Source: an uncultured virus (IMG/VR IMGVR_UViG_3300032073_000004)
Taxonomy: Duplodnaviria > Heunggongvirae > Uroviricota > Caudoviricetes
Length of the DNA stretch: 64,000 nt
Virus record (IMG/VR): IMGVR_UViG_3300032073_000004
Location: 1 to 64,000 of that record
Direction: 5' to 3' (one strand)
Shown piece after piece: positions 57,001 to 64,000 of this stretch (its first letter is position 1; every line of letters begins with the position of its first letter). Below the pieces are notes generated by a model that was given only the letters and a program-made list of their open reading frames with translations, was not told the origin of the DNA and did not search any database. Position numbers and translations under genes: made by a program.

Positions 57001-60000
57001 AAATGCTCTCTCTTGGCTTGTCATTTTTAAGTTACTGACTCCATCCGCAATGAGATCTTCACACTCAGTGTCTGCTGCTTCTTCGGGATCTATTGCCTCT
57101 AGCATTTTTGCAAGTTCCGGAGATAGGGAGTTCTCAACTTCTGCGACTGCTGAATATGGGGTTCTTCCGAACCTCTCAATAAACAACTTTGTTTTGTTCT
57201 CATAACTCAAACTATATTCATCAGAAAAGCGAACAGTGAAGTCGTTCTTCATGGCTGGGTCTACAAAACCGCTGGTGGTGGCCACATCCGATAATACAGT
57301 CTCCGATGTCTGCCCTCTCATTCCATAATATGAGGAGTCTCTTACAATATTCTCAATAGCCACACTATAATCTTCTGGCGACGTGTATATGTTCTCCATG
57401 TATAACTTTTCCAGGCCTCTAGTAAAATACGCAAGCTGGCTATACATCATTCCCTTTGACTGGTTGTTGTTTTCTAAAATTACGCCTATGGCCACTACCT
57501 TGCTGTGCAAGTCGGAAATAGAGTTTAACAATTCGTGAGTACTGCAAGCCCATTGTGAATCTACGAACTGTTCCGTCGTTACAGTAGCTGTGGTTCCTGC
57601 AGTCGTAACAGGCGTGGTTAGATTCATAGAACGACTTGTGGCTGCGTACCTGGAAGTGACTCTAACTCCATTGAGTATTAGGACTCTTACGATAGTTTCT
57701 TCCACTTCGTCTCCGATAGTTGTCATGCTATCTCCGAAGCCAAACATGTCGGAAATATTAAAAGATATATCCTCTTCCGTGTCCAAACTCTTAAAGCTTC
57801 CGTTATCCAACTCTCTACCAGAGAAGAAGCTTTTTGTAAGAGTTTCAGCTTTCAAATGATCTCTCAAATTGCCCATCAAGATGTTTGTTTCTATCTTCCT
57901 TGTGGCTATTGGGTTTTCAAAGTCAGTGTAAGGGCCGACCGATTCTGCATCCCTGAATTTAGCGTTCACGACCCTATCTTCACCGAAGTCGCTCTTTTTG
58001 TAAATTATCGTATCGTTGATATATTCCTGGTCTTCATCCCTAGCAAGATACCCTCCCTCTGGAGTTCCGTCAATGGTGATACCATCTTCGAGAAGTGGGA
58101 CGTAGCCAGTAGACAATAATGCTTGGAATTCTGGGTTTACCATTGTTTTCTGGACTTCTCCTCGCTGCTCTATAAACTTAGTCTCTTCTAGAGAGCGAAA
58201 AGTTATGTTCTCGCCTTTAGCAAGAATCTTTGGTATTTTCTTTTCATGAATCTTTTTCTTTGCAATTGCAGCTTTGTACAGTTTCATATCCTTGTCAAAA
58301 GATATTTTCACTGGATCTAGCATCTTTCTAAAAACCTTCTGCGTGATATTTTGCAAAATCTTTGGTTGTGGTATTACCTCCATCTGATCTTTTAGATCAC
58401 CGCCAAGGTTTGTACCCATTTGCTTGATACTCTCAATCGCGACTTGAAGTGCTTGCTTCTTTTCTTCCTGTGCCTTTTCCCTAGCTCTGTCTGCTTCTTC
58501 CTCGGTAATCTCGCCCCTGTCTAGGCTTTGCTCTAGGATACGCTCTCGAATATCTGCTTGTGTTATGCACGATTGGAATGGCTCTTTTGCCGAAAAGCTT
58601 TCTTGTGCTTTTGCAACAATGTCTTTCTTGATATCGCTCAAACCGGCAAGATGACCAATAAGAGAAAATGTTGAAGACAGTGCATCATTTTTGTCCACAA
58701 AAAGAGTTCTTAAATTCTGAGGCAAGGCCTCTCTTGCCTTTTCGATTGTTTCTTCCTCTGCCTCTCCAATGAGCAGTGACATATTCTCGTAGGGAGTCAG
58801 CTCCTGAGAAACAGAAGTCACTGATTGTAGCATGGAAATACTATTTTGTGCTGAGGTTGTCGATGGAGGGCTGAGTGGTCCTTGGGTCGAAGCCGCCAAA
58901 GTAACTTGGTCTGGTGTTACGACGTTCAGATCTGAGTATTTATTCAGAGTGTCTTCAAGGAAAGAAAAGGCCGATGTTCCTTTGGCCTTTGTTTTGGTAT
59001 TGCCTGCAGCGTCGGATGTTATAGAAAAGTTGTCGGTTGTTGATATTGCGCCGCCTGGACCTGCGCTATCCATTCCAATGTCGAGTCTTGCCTGTGCTAA
59101 GTCTTTCAACATTGGTGCAATCTTCTTTACAGCGGCCTCCAGCTCATCACTTATTCCCTTGTTCGCCATTTGAGATATCTCTGTCATAGCACCAGCTATA
59201 TCCCCAGAAAGAAAGTCTGCAGCGTTTTTGACATTCAGCATGTTACAATCAATAAGCTTCTCTAGGAGACTAACTATGAGTCCCCACAAAATGCCAAAAA
59301 TTGCCATAGCGACTGCTTGATTTATCTGAAAGTAAAAGTTTCCAAACGGGCGAACCAATGTTGCTCTAGGGGTATCAAACGTCGGAAATCTAGCTCCAAA
59401 GGCCTCTAGCATGAGGCGTACCAAGACCGTACAAAAGGCGTTAATGTCGATGTGCTTTTCTATCTCTTGCATCACGAGGTCAGCGGCATTGGCTGGTTCT
59501 CTAGCTGCAATGACGATGCCCGTCTCAAAACCAGGAAGCTGAGGTCCTTTGTATTCGAACCCAAATGGTGTTCCGTGATATTCTTCTCTTATCTGGTTAA
59601 ATATTCTGTTTGTCTTTGTGTCTCTATTGGTCTTATCTATCGAATCCTCAAGGTCGTCTCCCATTCTAAGCCAAATGACCATATCTTCAGTTATACTATC
59701 CACTTCTGATATTCCGAGGTCTTCATTTGGAAAACCATCTAGCGCCTTGTTATACATTTTAAAATTATCAAACTTACCTGAAAAGGTTGAGTTTCCTCCT
59801 CTGGTGTCGTCGCCAGCAAGAACAATCTTAACCCTACTGGTTCCTGCTCCAACAGTTTGACGCAACTCTTCTGGTATTTGGTATGATTCTGCCCTCTCGT
59901 TTTGAGTTGTTTTCAGGATAAGCTCTGCATCTAGAGAGTAAGCTTTCACTCTACCTTCTTTGTAGGTAAAGCCAAACGGTATAAAGGTAGAATCGCTGCT

Positions 60001-61455
60001 GGTTAGGATATTACTCTCTGTCACCAAAGATAGTTTTCTGGTGGCGGCACCTTCTCGATAGTAAACTTCTATAATGATGTTGCCGTCTTTTCCCGCCTTT
60101 ATTGACCAGGCCCGATTGTTAACGCCCGACATATGAGAGGCTATGATGGTCCCTGGTGGGTTCTTTAAATAAGATGCGGCAATGTTCATGGAGACAGAGA
60201 ATTCGCTTCTATAGAGCGCCTGCAGCTCTTCATCGGCCTTTATTCTTATCCTATTTCCCCTGTCAAGCTTTACTACTTCTGTGTTAAACTGACTGTTCAA
60301 CTCCCTGACTCCATTTAACATTTCGACATATTTGCTGTCCGATGCGACGAAGGTTTCAATGACAGGAAGCAGTGCTGGAATACCAATGGTTGTTATCAAG
60401 TCTCTACAGTCTGTTGTTCCCAAATTACATTCTATAACCTTGCTTATAATTGAACTTGGACATGCTTTGTGTAAGACCTTGTTGTACAGGTCAGATATGT
60501 TGGTGACTTCTGTTACAAGTTTTTTTAAGTTACTTTCTGTAAAAAAGTCATCCCCAATGTATTCGAAACTTTCGTAGAAGTTCTCTAAATCTTTTATAAC
60601 ATCGGTGCCGGCCTTGTTTATATTTTCTTCGTACCATTTCCAGTCGTGCCACGACGTTCTTTTCTTAAATTTGTCAGGGGCCTTTTCAATGGTTGATTTT
60701 TCTTTTCTTTTTGGACCCAAAGCATCCGAATATGGGTGCGCGTTATATTTAAGCGAAAAGTCATACCAGTCCCAACGAGGGGGCTCTTTGACTGAACCTA
60801 GTTTTCTCTGTCTATTGAAGATTCCCACAATGCCGGTACCTTCTGTGACTCTATCACAATCGTCAGAAGCTCTCTCAAGGTGACTCTTCAGCTCTCTAGG
60901 TTTTTTATATATTGTGTTTGCGAGAGCAGAAACAATATCTAGGTTACTCAAGTATCCTACGATAACGGGGTCAAGTGAGCTTTTGATGTTAATTATCAAA
61001 GGAGAGCTCTCTTGTTCTTGTGGGCCAATCCATTTCCAGGTAATATACGCACCCTCTACAGATAAGGCTCGTTTAGGAGTCTCCTGGCCTATCGTTCCTC
61101 TGTACTCTATAACAAGGTCTTCCACCAGGAAGTCTCCTATATTAGACTTTCCTCCGTTTGCTTGTGATATCGTTTGAAACCTTGCTCTTATTCTAGTCAG
61201 AACTTCTTTGGTAAACTTCCTCAACAGCGTTGCTTCTCTAGAATAAGAAAAGCCATTAGGGTCGCCATCTTTTGATAGCTCCTTTTGGTAATACCTCAGC
61301 AACTGAATTGTCTTATCTACCTTTAGGCCAAACTCAGTGTTTGCAACCAAGCCGTCGTATGTCAAGTCCTTTTGGTCTGGCTTTTCTTTTACGCCGGACC
61401 ACACAGGAAGATATATGTCTCTCAGGCCTATAACTATGCTTTTTGTTTGGGACAT
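54046..61455 (-). CDS. Giant virion/baseplate-associated protein (2469 aa) with a LamG-like domain
   Basis: FSVSMNI...FSGKFDNFKMYNKAL...IWLRMGD LamG-like segment; located between gp5-like and gp25-like genes. Confidence 0.75.
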   Translation of the reverse strand: MSQTKSIVIGLRDIYLPVWSGVKEKPDQKDLTYDGLVANTEFGLKVDKTIQLLRYYQKELSKDGDPNGFSYSREATLLRKFTKEVLTRIRARFQTISQANGGKSNIGDFLVEDLVIEYRGTIGQETPKRALSVEGAYITWKWIGPQEQESSPLIINIKSSLDPVIVGYLSNLDIVSALANTIYKKPRELKSHLERASDDCDRVTEGTGIVGIFNRQRKLGSVKEPPRWDWYDFSLKYNAHPYSDALGPKRKEKSTIEKAPDKFKKRTSWHDWKWYEENINKAGTDVIKDLENFYESFEYIGDDFFTESNLKKLVTEVTNISDLYNKVLHKACPSSIISKVIECNLGTTDCRDLITTIGIPALLPVIETFVASDSKYVEMLNGVRELNSQFNTEVVKLDRGNRIRIKADEELQALYRSEFSVSMNIAASYLKNPPGTIIASHMSGVNNRAWSIKAGKDGNIIIEVYYREGAATRKLSLVTESNILTSSDSTFIPFGFTYKEGRVKAYSLDAELILKTTQNERAESYQIPEELRQTVGAGTSRVKIVLAGDDTRGGNSTFSGKFDNFKMYNKALDGFPNEDLGISEVDSITEDMVIWLRMGDDLEDSIDKTNRDTKTNRIFNQIREEYHGTPFGFEYKGPQLPGFETGIVIAAREPANAADLVMQEIEKHIDINAFCTVLVRLMLEAFGARFPTFDTPRATLVRPFGNFYFQINQAVAMAIFGILWGLIVSLLEKLIDCNMLNVKNAADFLSGDIAGAMTEISQMANKGISDELEAAVKKIAPMLKDLAQARLDIGMDSAGPGGAISTTDNFSITSDAAGNTKTKAKGTSAFSFLEDTLNKYSDLNVVTPDQVTLAASTQGPLSPPSTTSAQNSISMLQSVTSVSQELTPYENMSLLIGEAEEETIEKAREALPQNLRTLFVDKNDALSSTFSLIGHLAGLSDIKKDIVAKAQESFSAKEPFQSCITQADIRERILEQSLDRGEITEEEADRAREKAQEEKKQALQVAIESIKQMGTNLGGDLKDQMEVIPQPKILQNITQKVFRKMLDPVKISFDKDMKLYKAAIAKKKIHEKKIPKILAKGENITFRSLEETKFIEQRGEVQKTMVNPEFQALLSTGYVPLLEDGITIDGTPEGGYLARDEDQEYINDTIIYKKSDFGEDRVVNAKFRDAESVGPYTDFENPIATRKIETNILMGNLRDHLKAETLTKSFFSGRELDNGSFKSLDTEEDISFNISDMFGFGDSMTTIGDEVEETIVRVLILNGVRVTSRYAATSRSMNLTTPVTTAGTTATVTTEQFVDSQWACSTHELLNSISDLHSKVVAIGVILENNNQSKGMMYSQLAYFTRGLEKLYMENIYTSPEDYSVAIENIVRDSSYYGMRGQTSETVLSDVATTSGFVDPAMKNDFTVRFSDEYSLSYENKTKLFIERFGRTPYSAVAEVENSLSPELAKMLEAIDPEEAADTECEDLIADGVSNLKMTSQERAFNVLMRRYWTKVYQASESAADRASYIATIENKMLKPYLDNFTEKQTSVFDRITREIISFLSEELSSSPLITPVNGTENVDTGESLIGAHFINFNPTQSPAHKKAKKDPRLFNFDSIYELATSLFAHLNSQENRKYNVSADKNVDTPMSMTMASMSALMLVRAYCLEYVLQAIVPILYYNKPMDALTKELIKKRMMTEMSETFNMTPKMSKAIIKANNSMVDSKFKYPTSGEEMGSYYDFSDRPIVSDSKDGLFEVLDYLIEREYLEVTKKLKQNINNVCEVPSITEEEQNVVDLALREKFVDSLQVLSVEKNRFKDFNWQDASKGKIILEKYVRGINGEVITKMRRFHMEGDPNPDQVRYDFEWDNEELLLSKDVAAYGVRVAYVEKQEPNMYLNKYGVVEQTPEDQKIDLQILQNIDFDKVEQSDKAHVQVVDSGDYQEMMFVHVLCSYEETREQALQNLGVDTADPCDIEQFFTRDSSKELKTTEKDLNIAFDYVETDGSYSLPDPDFGRVRTKRIVVKSHHHNAVSLPSEEHQSISSEDITSETTGRMVVDRYYISYNDAVNKEHTHDIVGNTIKPAVVQAEMNVWLSKASSLRGNYKRPSSWPLQEFASGQEPGLLTDRSIRFFNKTEEEVLAMIEEHNEDYPVTFADGEKYTPLNRDSINNYVLVKYKKNITHDHVHTEQIPLDFDLTLSDQLFSNLLRQVAKDDEFRIMFDFSFDLDKYTSLVSSYAYMANTSQEFEQMFSQTKHNIAMLTAIGEELSDYNKSFEECNSSQASKTFEFPAHSWNPDLLLFMLRTPLQVYKGWVKTADPHTLITQTIVELLKAGLIIPKLEEKSFEIPFSDPKRCLPINTPVYPGVRVDFPGMTQLTALGVTYAPLVVGAPPFIPTPFGLIYYAAVDPLLFLLDGISSNQVLENEDLKRELDNIGLNIRQDGSCIICDKGEEASEEPDEVEDSSYSLCKPESETTFSILDMSKFGKARGC

Positions 61456-62378
61456 TAGTTTACCTTGTTATACCTACTGTTGATATATTTGTTTCCACCC
61501 ATAGCAGATAAATAGTCTTTAGAAAAGTTTGCTAAGTTATCTCGCAAATAACCTTCAAGACCCAATGCATAATCTTGTAGCTGATTACACATAGTTTTTA
61601 CGCCCTGAAAGGTGACTGGCTCTGAAAAGAGGCTGATGTTATCATAAAAGCCTGTAAAGTGCATATGGTCTATCAGCGTCATGTTGAGGTCGTTTTGTGT
61701 GGAGTAATATGAAACTTGCAATTGTATTAGTTGCTCCAAAAGCTCCGCCAGGTATGACAATGCGTCCACTAGGTTATCCCCCAAGACTATGGGCTGCAGC
61801 GAGTCTGTCTCGTTATTCGCGATGATGTCGATACCTGTGTTACTCGACGGCGAGGGCGTCAAACCCTGCTCTGCATGTATTTTCATGGATGCATGGGTAG
61901 GCTCACCTGTCGTTATTATTTTTAAACTTCTTCTCCCCACCATTCTTACATCATCTGCTTTCATACCAATTGAAGATCTTGTTTGAATTTGTTGCTCTCC
62001 TCCGGATGAAGCCATTAAATCATATTTCCTATCAATTAAAGAATTTTCTGAAATGCAAATAGATGCTGCATCTGCTCCGAAATTTGGATTGTTCTCTATT
62101 CTTCCACAGAGTAAAGTTATTGATGATGTCCCAGCTTTTGGGCTGCGACCTTCTCCAGTTGACCAAGAGCCATCTCGATCCCTACCAAGAACAATTTCAC
62201 AGTTGGTGTTGCCAGGGTAAACTACTTCACAGGCAGCCTTGTTCCACTTTGTTTTTGGCTCGTTGGTGATTCCTTGGGCCAGGCCACTGGACAGGACTTT
62301 TTCTCTGTCTTCTTTTGATGAATTCGCTTGAGTATGTTTTTTGTTTGCCGGGGGCTTGTTAGAAATAAAGTCAGACAT
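61455..62378 (-). CDS. Baseplate hub/spike (gp5 C-terminal-like) protein
   Basis: IVLGRDR, IGMKADDVRMVGR..LKI, QPIVLGDNL...L, HMH motifs; genomic position. Confidence 0.6.
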   Translation of the reverse strand: MSDFISNKPPANKKHTQANSSKEDREKVLSSGLAQGITNEPKTKWNKAACEVVYPGNTNCEIVLGRDRDGSWSTGEGRSPKAGTSSITLLCGRIENNPNFGADAASICISENSLIDRKYDLMASSGGEQQIQTRSSIGMKADDVRMVGRRSLKIITTGEPTHASMKIHAEQGLTPSPSSNTGIDIIANNETDSLQPIVLGDNLVDALSYLAELLEQLIQLQVSYYSTQNDLNMTLIDHMHFTGFYDNISLFSEPVTFQGVKTMCNQLQDYALGLEGYLRDNLANFSKDYLSAMGGNKYINSRYNKVN

Positions 62379-63574
62379 TATGCTACTCCACCCCCTTCAT
62401 CGGGTGCCCTGTTCCAAGCCATCAGAAGAGGCTTTGGATCGACCTTCCTTCTCCTTGGGTGAGTCATAAGTGTGTAGTGTAGGTGAACACCTTGGCTGCG
62501 GCCTGTTTTTCCCATAGTCGCTACCTGATCACCTTTCTCGACTCTTTGGCCCACCTTAACCGTCACTGTTTCGCAGTGCAAATAAAGAGATCTATATCCA
62601 TTATCGTGAATAATAGAAACTTGGTTTCCTCCTGGATATTTCTTTATGTTTGATGCCAAGCTACCATTTGCCGAGTCTATTACCCCTCCCAACGGGGCCA
62701 GCATAGGGTGTCCAGCCTTGCCATCGACGGCCAAGTCGATGCCGTTGTGGTCTTGTATGAGGGGTTTTCCGTTCCTGTCTTTTGCTACTGGGTGTGGTCT
62801 GTTTTTTTGAAAGTCGGAAGACATTCTAACCGCATTTGGAACCAACAGTCTTGCAGCTGCACCAAACTCATCAATTTGTGCAGGAGTCATGATGCTTCCG
62901 TTTATTTCTGCCATGACCTTTCCTGTTTCCCTGTCGGTAGGTACTCGAAATTTTGTTTTTTGCTTTTCGGGCTCACCCATTATTTGATCATAAACAGTAC
63001 CAACATGCTGACCCAATTGGCCGAACATACCCTTTACTGCGTCTTGTGCAACTGTGGACATATCCCTATTTGCAGAGCCAGCATTCGCACTAGACTCTAT
63101 AATCTCTGTTATTAAAACACCATCTCTATCTTTTGGGTGAAGATATTTGCACTCGACAAGATCTCCTACGCTGAGAATAGCTCCCTCGTTACCATAGTCT
63201 AAAAAGGCGTCTGGGTGTAATGACATGTAAAAGAGCCTTTCTTTAGTCCCCTCGTCATATGAGAATGGATCTTCCAAGTGGCCATACAGGTCTGCTCTTA
63301 TTTTATATACTCTTTCTGTACCACTGCTTTTTCTTCCAAGCTTTGTGCTAAGAAGTGACGAAACTATATCTGGGTCTGTAATAATGTCTATTATTTTGGC
63401 GTCGAAGCTATCAGGATCGGTTGGTGCCATCTCTCTGAAGACGGTGCTCAATATAGAGTCGATGGGGCTTTCTCGGTTTACGTTAACCCTTCCCGATCTC
63501 ATCTTATCAGACGAATCATTTAATTTAGATATATTATCTGGCAGTCTTGTTCCGACTTTTTCATCTTTTGCCAT
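62378..63574 (-). CDS. M23 family peptidase (virion peptidoglycan hydrolase)
   Basis: HNGIDL (HxxxD), GNQVSIIH..GY.SLYLH, V.VGQRVEKGDQ, G.TG.S.GVHLHY (HxH). Confidence 0.92.
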   Translation of the reverse strand: MAKDEKVGTRLPDNISKLNDSSDKMRSGRVNVNRESPIDSILSTVFREMAPTDPDSFDAKIIDIITDPDIVSSLLSTKLGRKSSGTERVYKIRADLYGHLEDPFSYDEGTKERLFYMSLHPDAFLDYGNEGAILSVGDLVECKYLHPKDRDGVLITEIIESSANAGSANRDMSTVAQDAVKGMFGQLGQHVGTVYDQIMGEPEKQKTKFRVPTDRETGKVMAEINGSIMTPAQIDEFGAAARLLVPNAVRMSSDFQKNRPHPVAKDRNGKPLIQDHNGIDLAVDGKAGHPMLAPLGGVIDSANGSLASNIKKYPGGNQVSIIHDNGYRSLYLHCETVTVKVGQRVEKGDQVATMGKTGRSQGVHLHYTLMTHPRRRKVDPKPLLMAWNRAPDEGGGVA

Positions 63575-63577
63575 TTA

Positions 63578-63871
63578 CTAGCCCTCTTTAATAATGCGAA
63601 ATAACTCTTCCTTGTCGTCATCGCTAAGAGTGGCAGATTCTTTCTGTTCTTTCTTCTGTAATAAAGATGCGATCTTTACCAACTGCTCATTAGAGCGTTG
63701 GAGTGTTTCTAAATATTTTGCAGCCACAGTTCCCACTTCTGCATGCTTGCTTGGTGATACACCTATGTACATCATCAAATCTTCTAGAAGTTTGGTAGTA
63801 ACTGTTCTGTCTTTTGTAATATTATCTATCGCTGTCTCTATCTGCGTCGAGAACTTTTTATTTGATTTCAT
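63578..63871 (-). CDS. Hypothetical helical protein
   Basis: 97 aa; AAKYLETLQRSNEQLVK. Confidence 0.7.
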   Translation of the reverse strand: MKSNKKFSTQIETAIDNITKDRTVTTKLLEDLMMYIGVSPSKHAEVGTVAAKYLETLQRSNEQLVKIASLLQKKEQKESATLSDDDKEELFRIIKEG

Positions 63872-64000
63872 CTTCGACCCACCTCTCTTTGAATGTCCTA
63901 TATTTTCCCCTAAGTTTATTTAAGCTGTTTACAATTTGTTTTGTATTCATACCCGTTATTTCTCTTAGGTAAAAGTAAATAGCCTTTTTGTTGAAAATTT
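63858..64000 (-). CDS. C-terminal fragment of a probable late sigma-like transcription factor
   Basis: Manual translation IFNKKAIYFYLREITGMNTKQIVNSLNKLRGKYRTFKERWVEDEIK*; HTH-like; gene begins outside the window. Confidence 0.5.
   Translation of the reverse strand, partial: IFNKKAIYFYLREITGMNTKQIVNSLNKLRGKYRTFKERWVEDEIK

Noticed and set aside
1..64000. Stop-codon reassignment, introns, inteins, tRNA genes
   Set aside because: TAA, TAG and TGA all end genes at tight junctions, core genes are uninterrupted and of expected size, and I saw no tRNA-like sequence in the few gaps.

Overview
This 64-kb window is a segment of a large T4-like (contractile-tailed) bacteriophage genome. Essentially every real gene is on the minus strand, tightly packed, in the standard genetic code. 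In transcription order (right to left) it contains: the C-terminus of a probable late sigma-like factor; a baseplate hub region (M23 peptidase, gp5-like, 2469-aa protein, gp25-like, gp6-like); very large baseplate/tail proteins (LamG, reelin-like and Asp-box motifs); a RuvC-like resolvase, PhyH-type dioxygenase, primase and a single-chain Mre11-Rad50 (SbcD-SbcC) fusion; a holin/spanin-like cassette; Hc1-like protein, terminase, portal and prohead protease; ribosomal protein bS21; a MAM-domain tail fibre; and a receptor-binding/adhesin locus. That locus ends in a repeat-rich giant fibre of more than 1338 aa, which the ORF track missed because it runs off the left edge. The most notable unexplained signals are: (i) an adaptor with a-b-a-b repeats followed by four paralogous lectin-like genes in B-A-B-A order; (ii) strong enrichment of [S/T]-[G/A/S]-S tripeptides restricted to virion proteins; (iii) a covarying hairpin abutting the Shine-Dalgarno of two paralogous genes, plus a structured leader; (iv) a hidden Cys-peptide ORF and hairpin between a CxxC membrane protein and the prohead protease. 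All family assignments come from motif recognition by eye, not from database searches.
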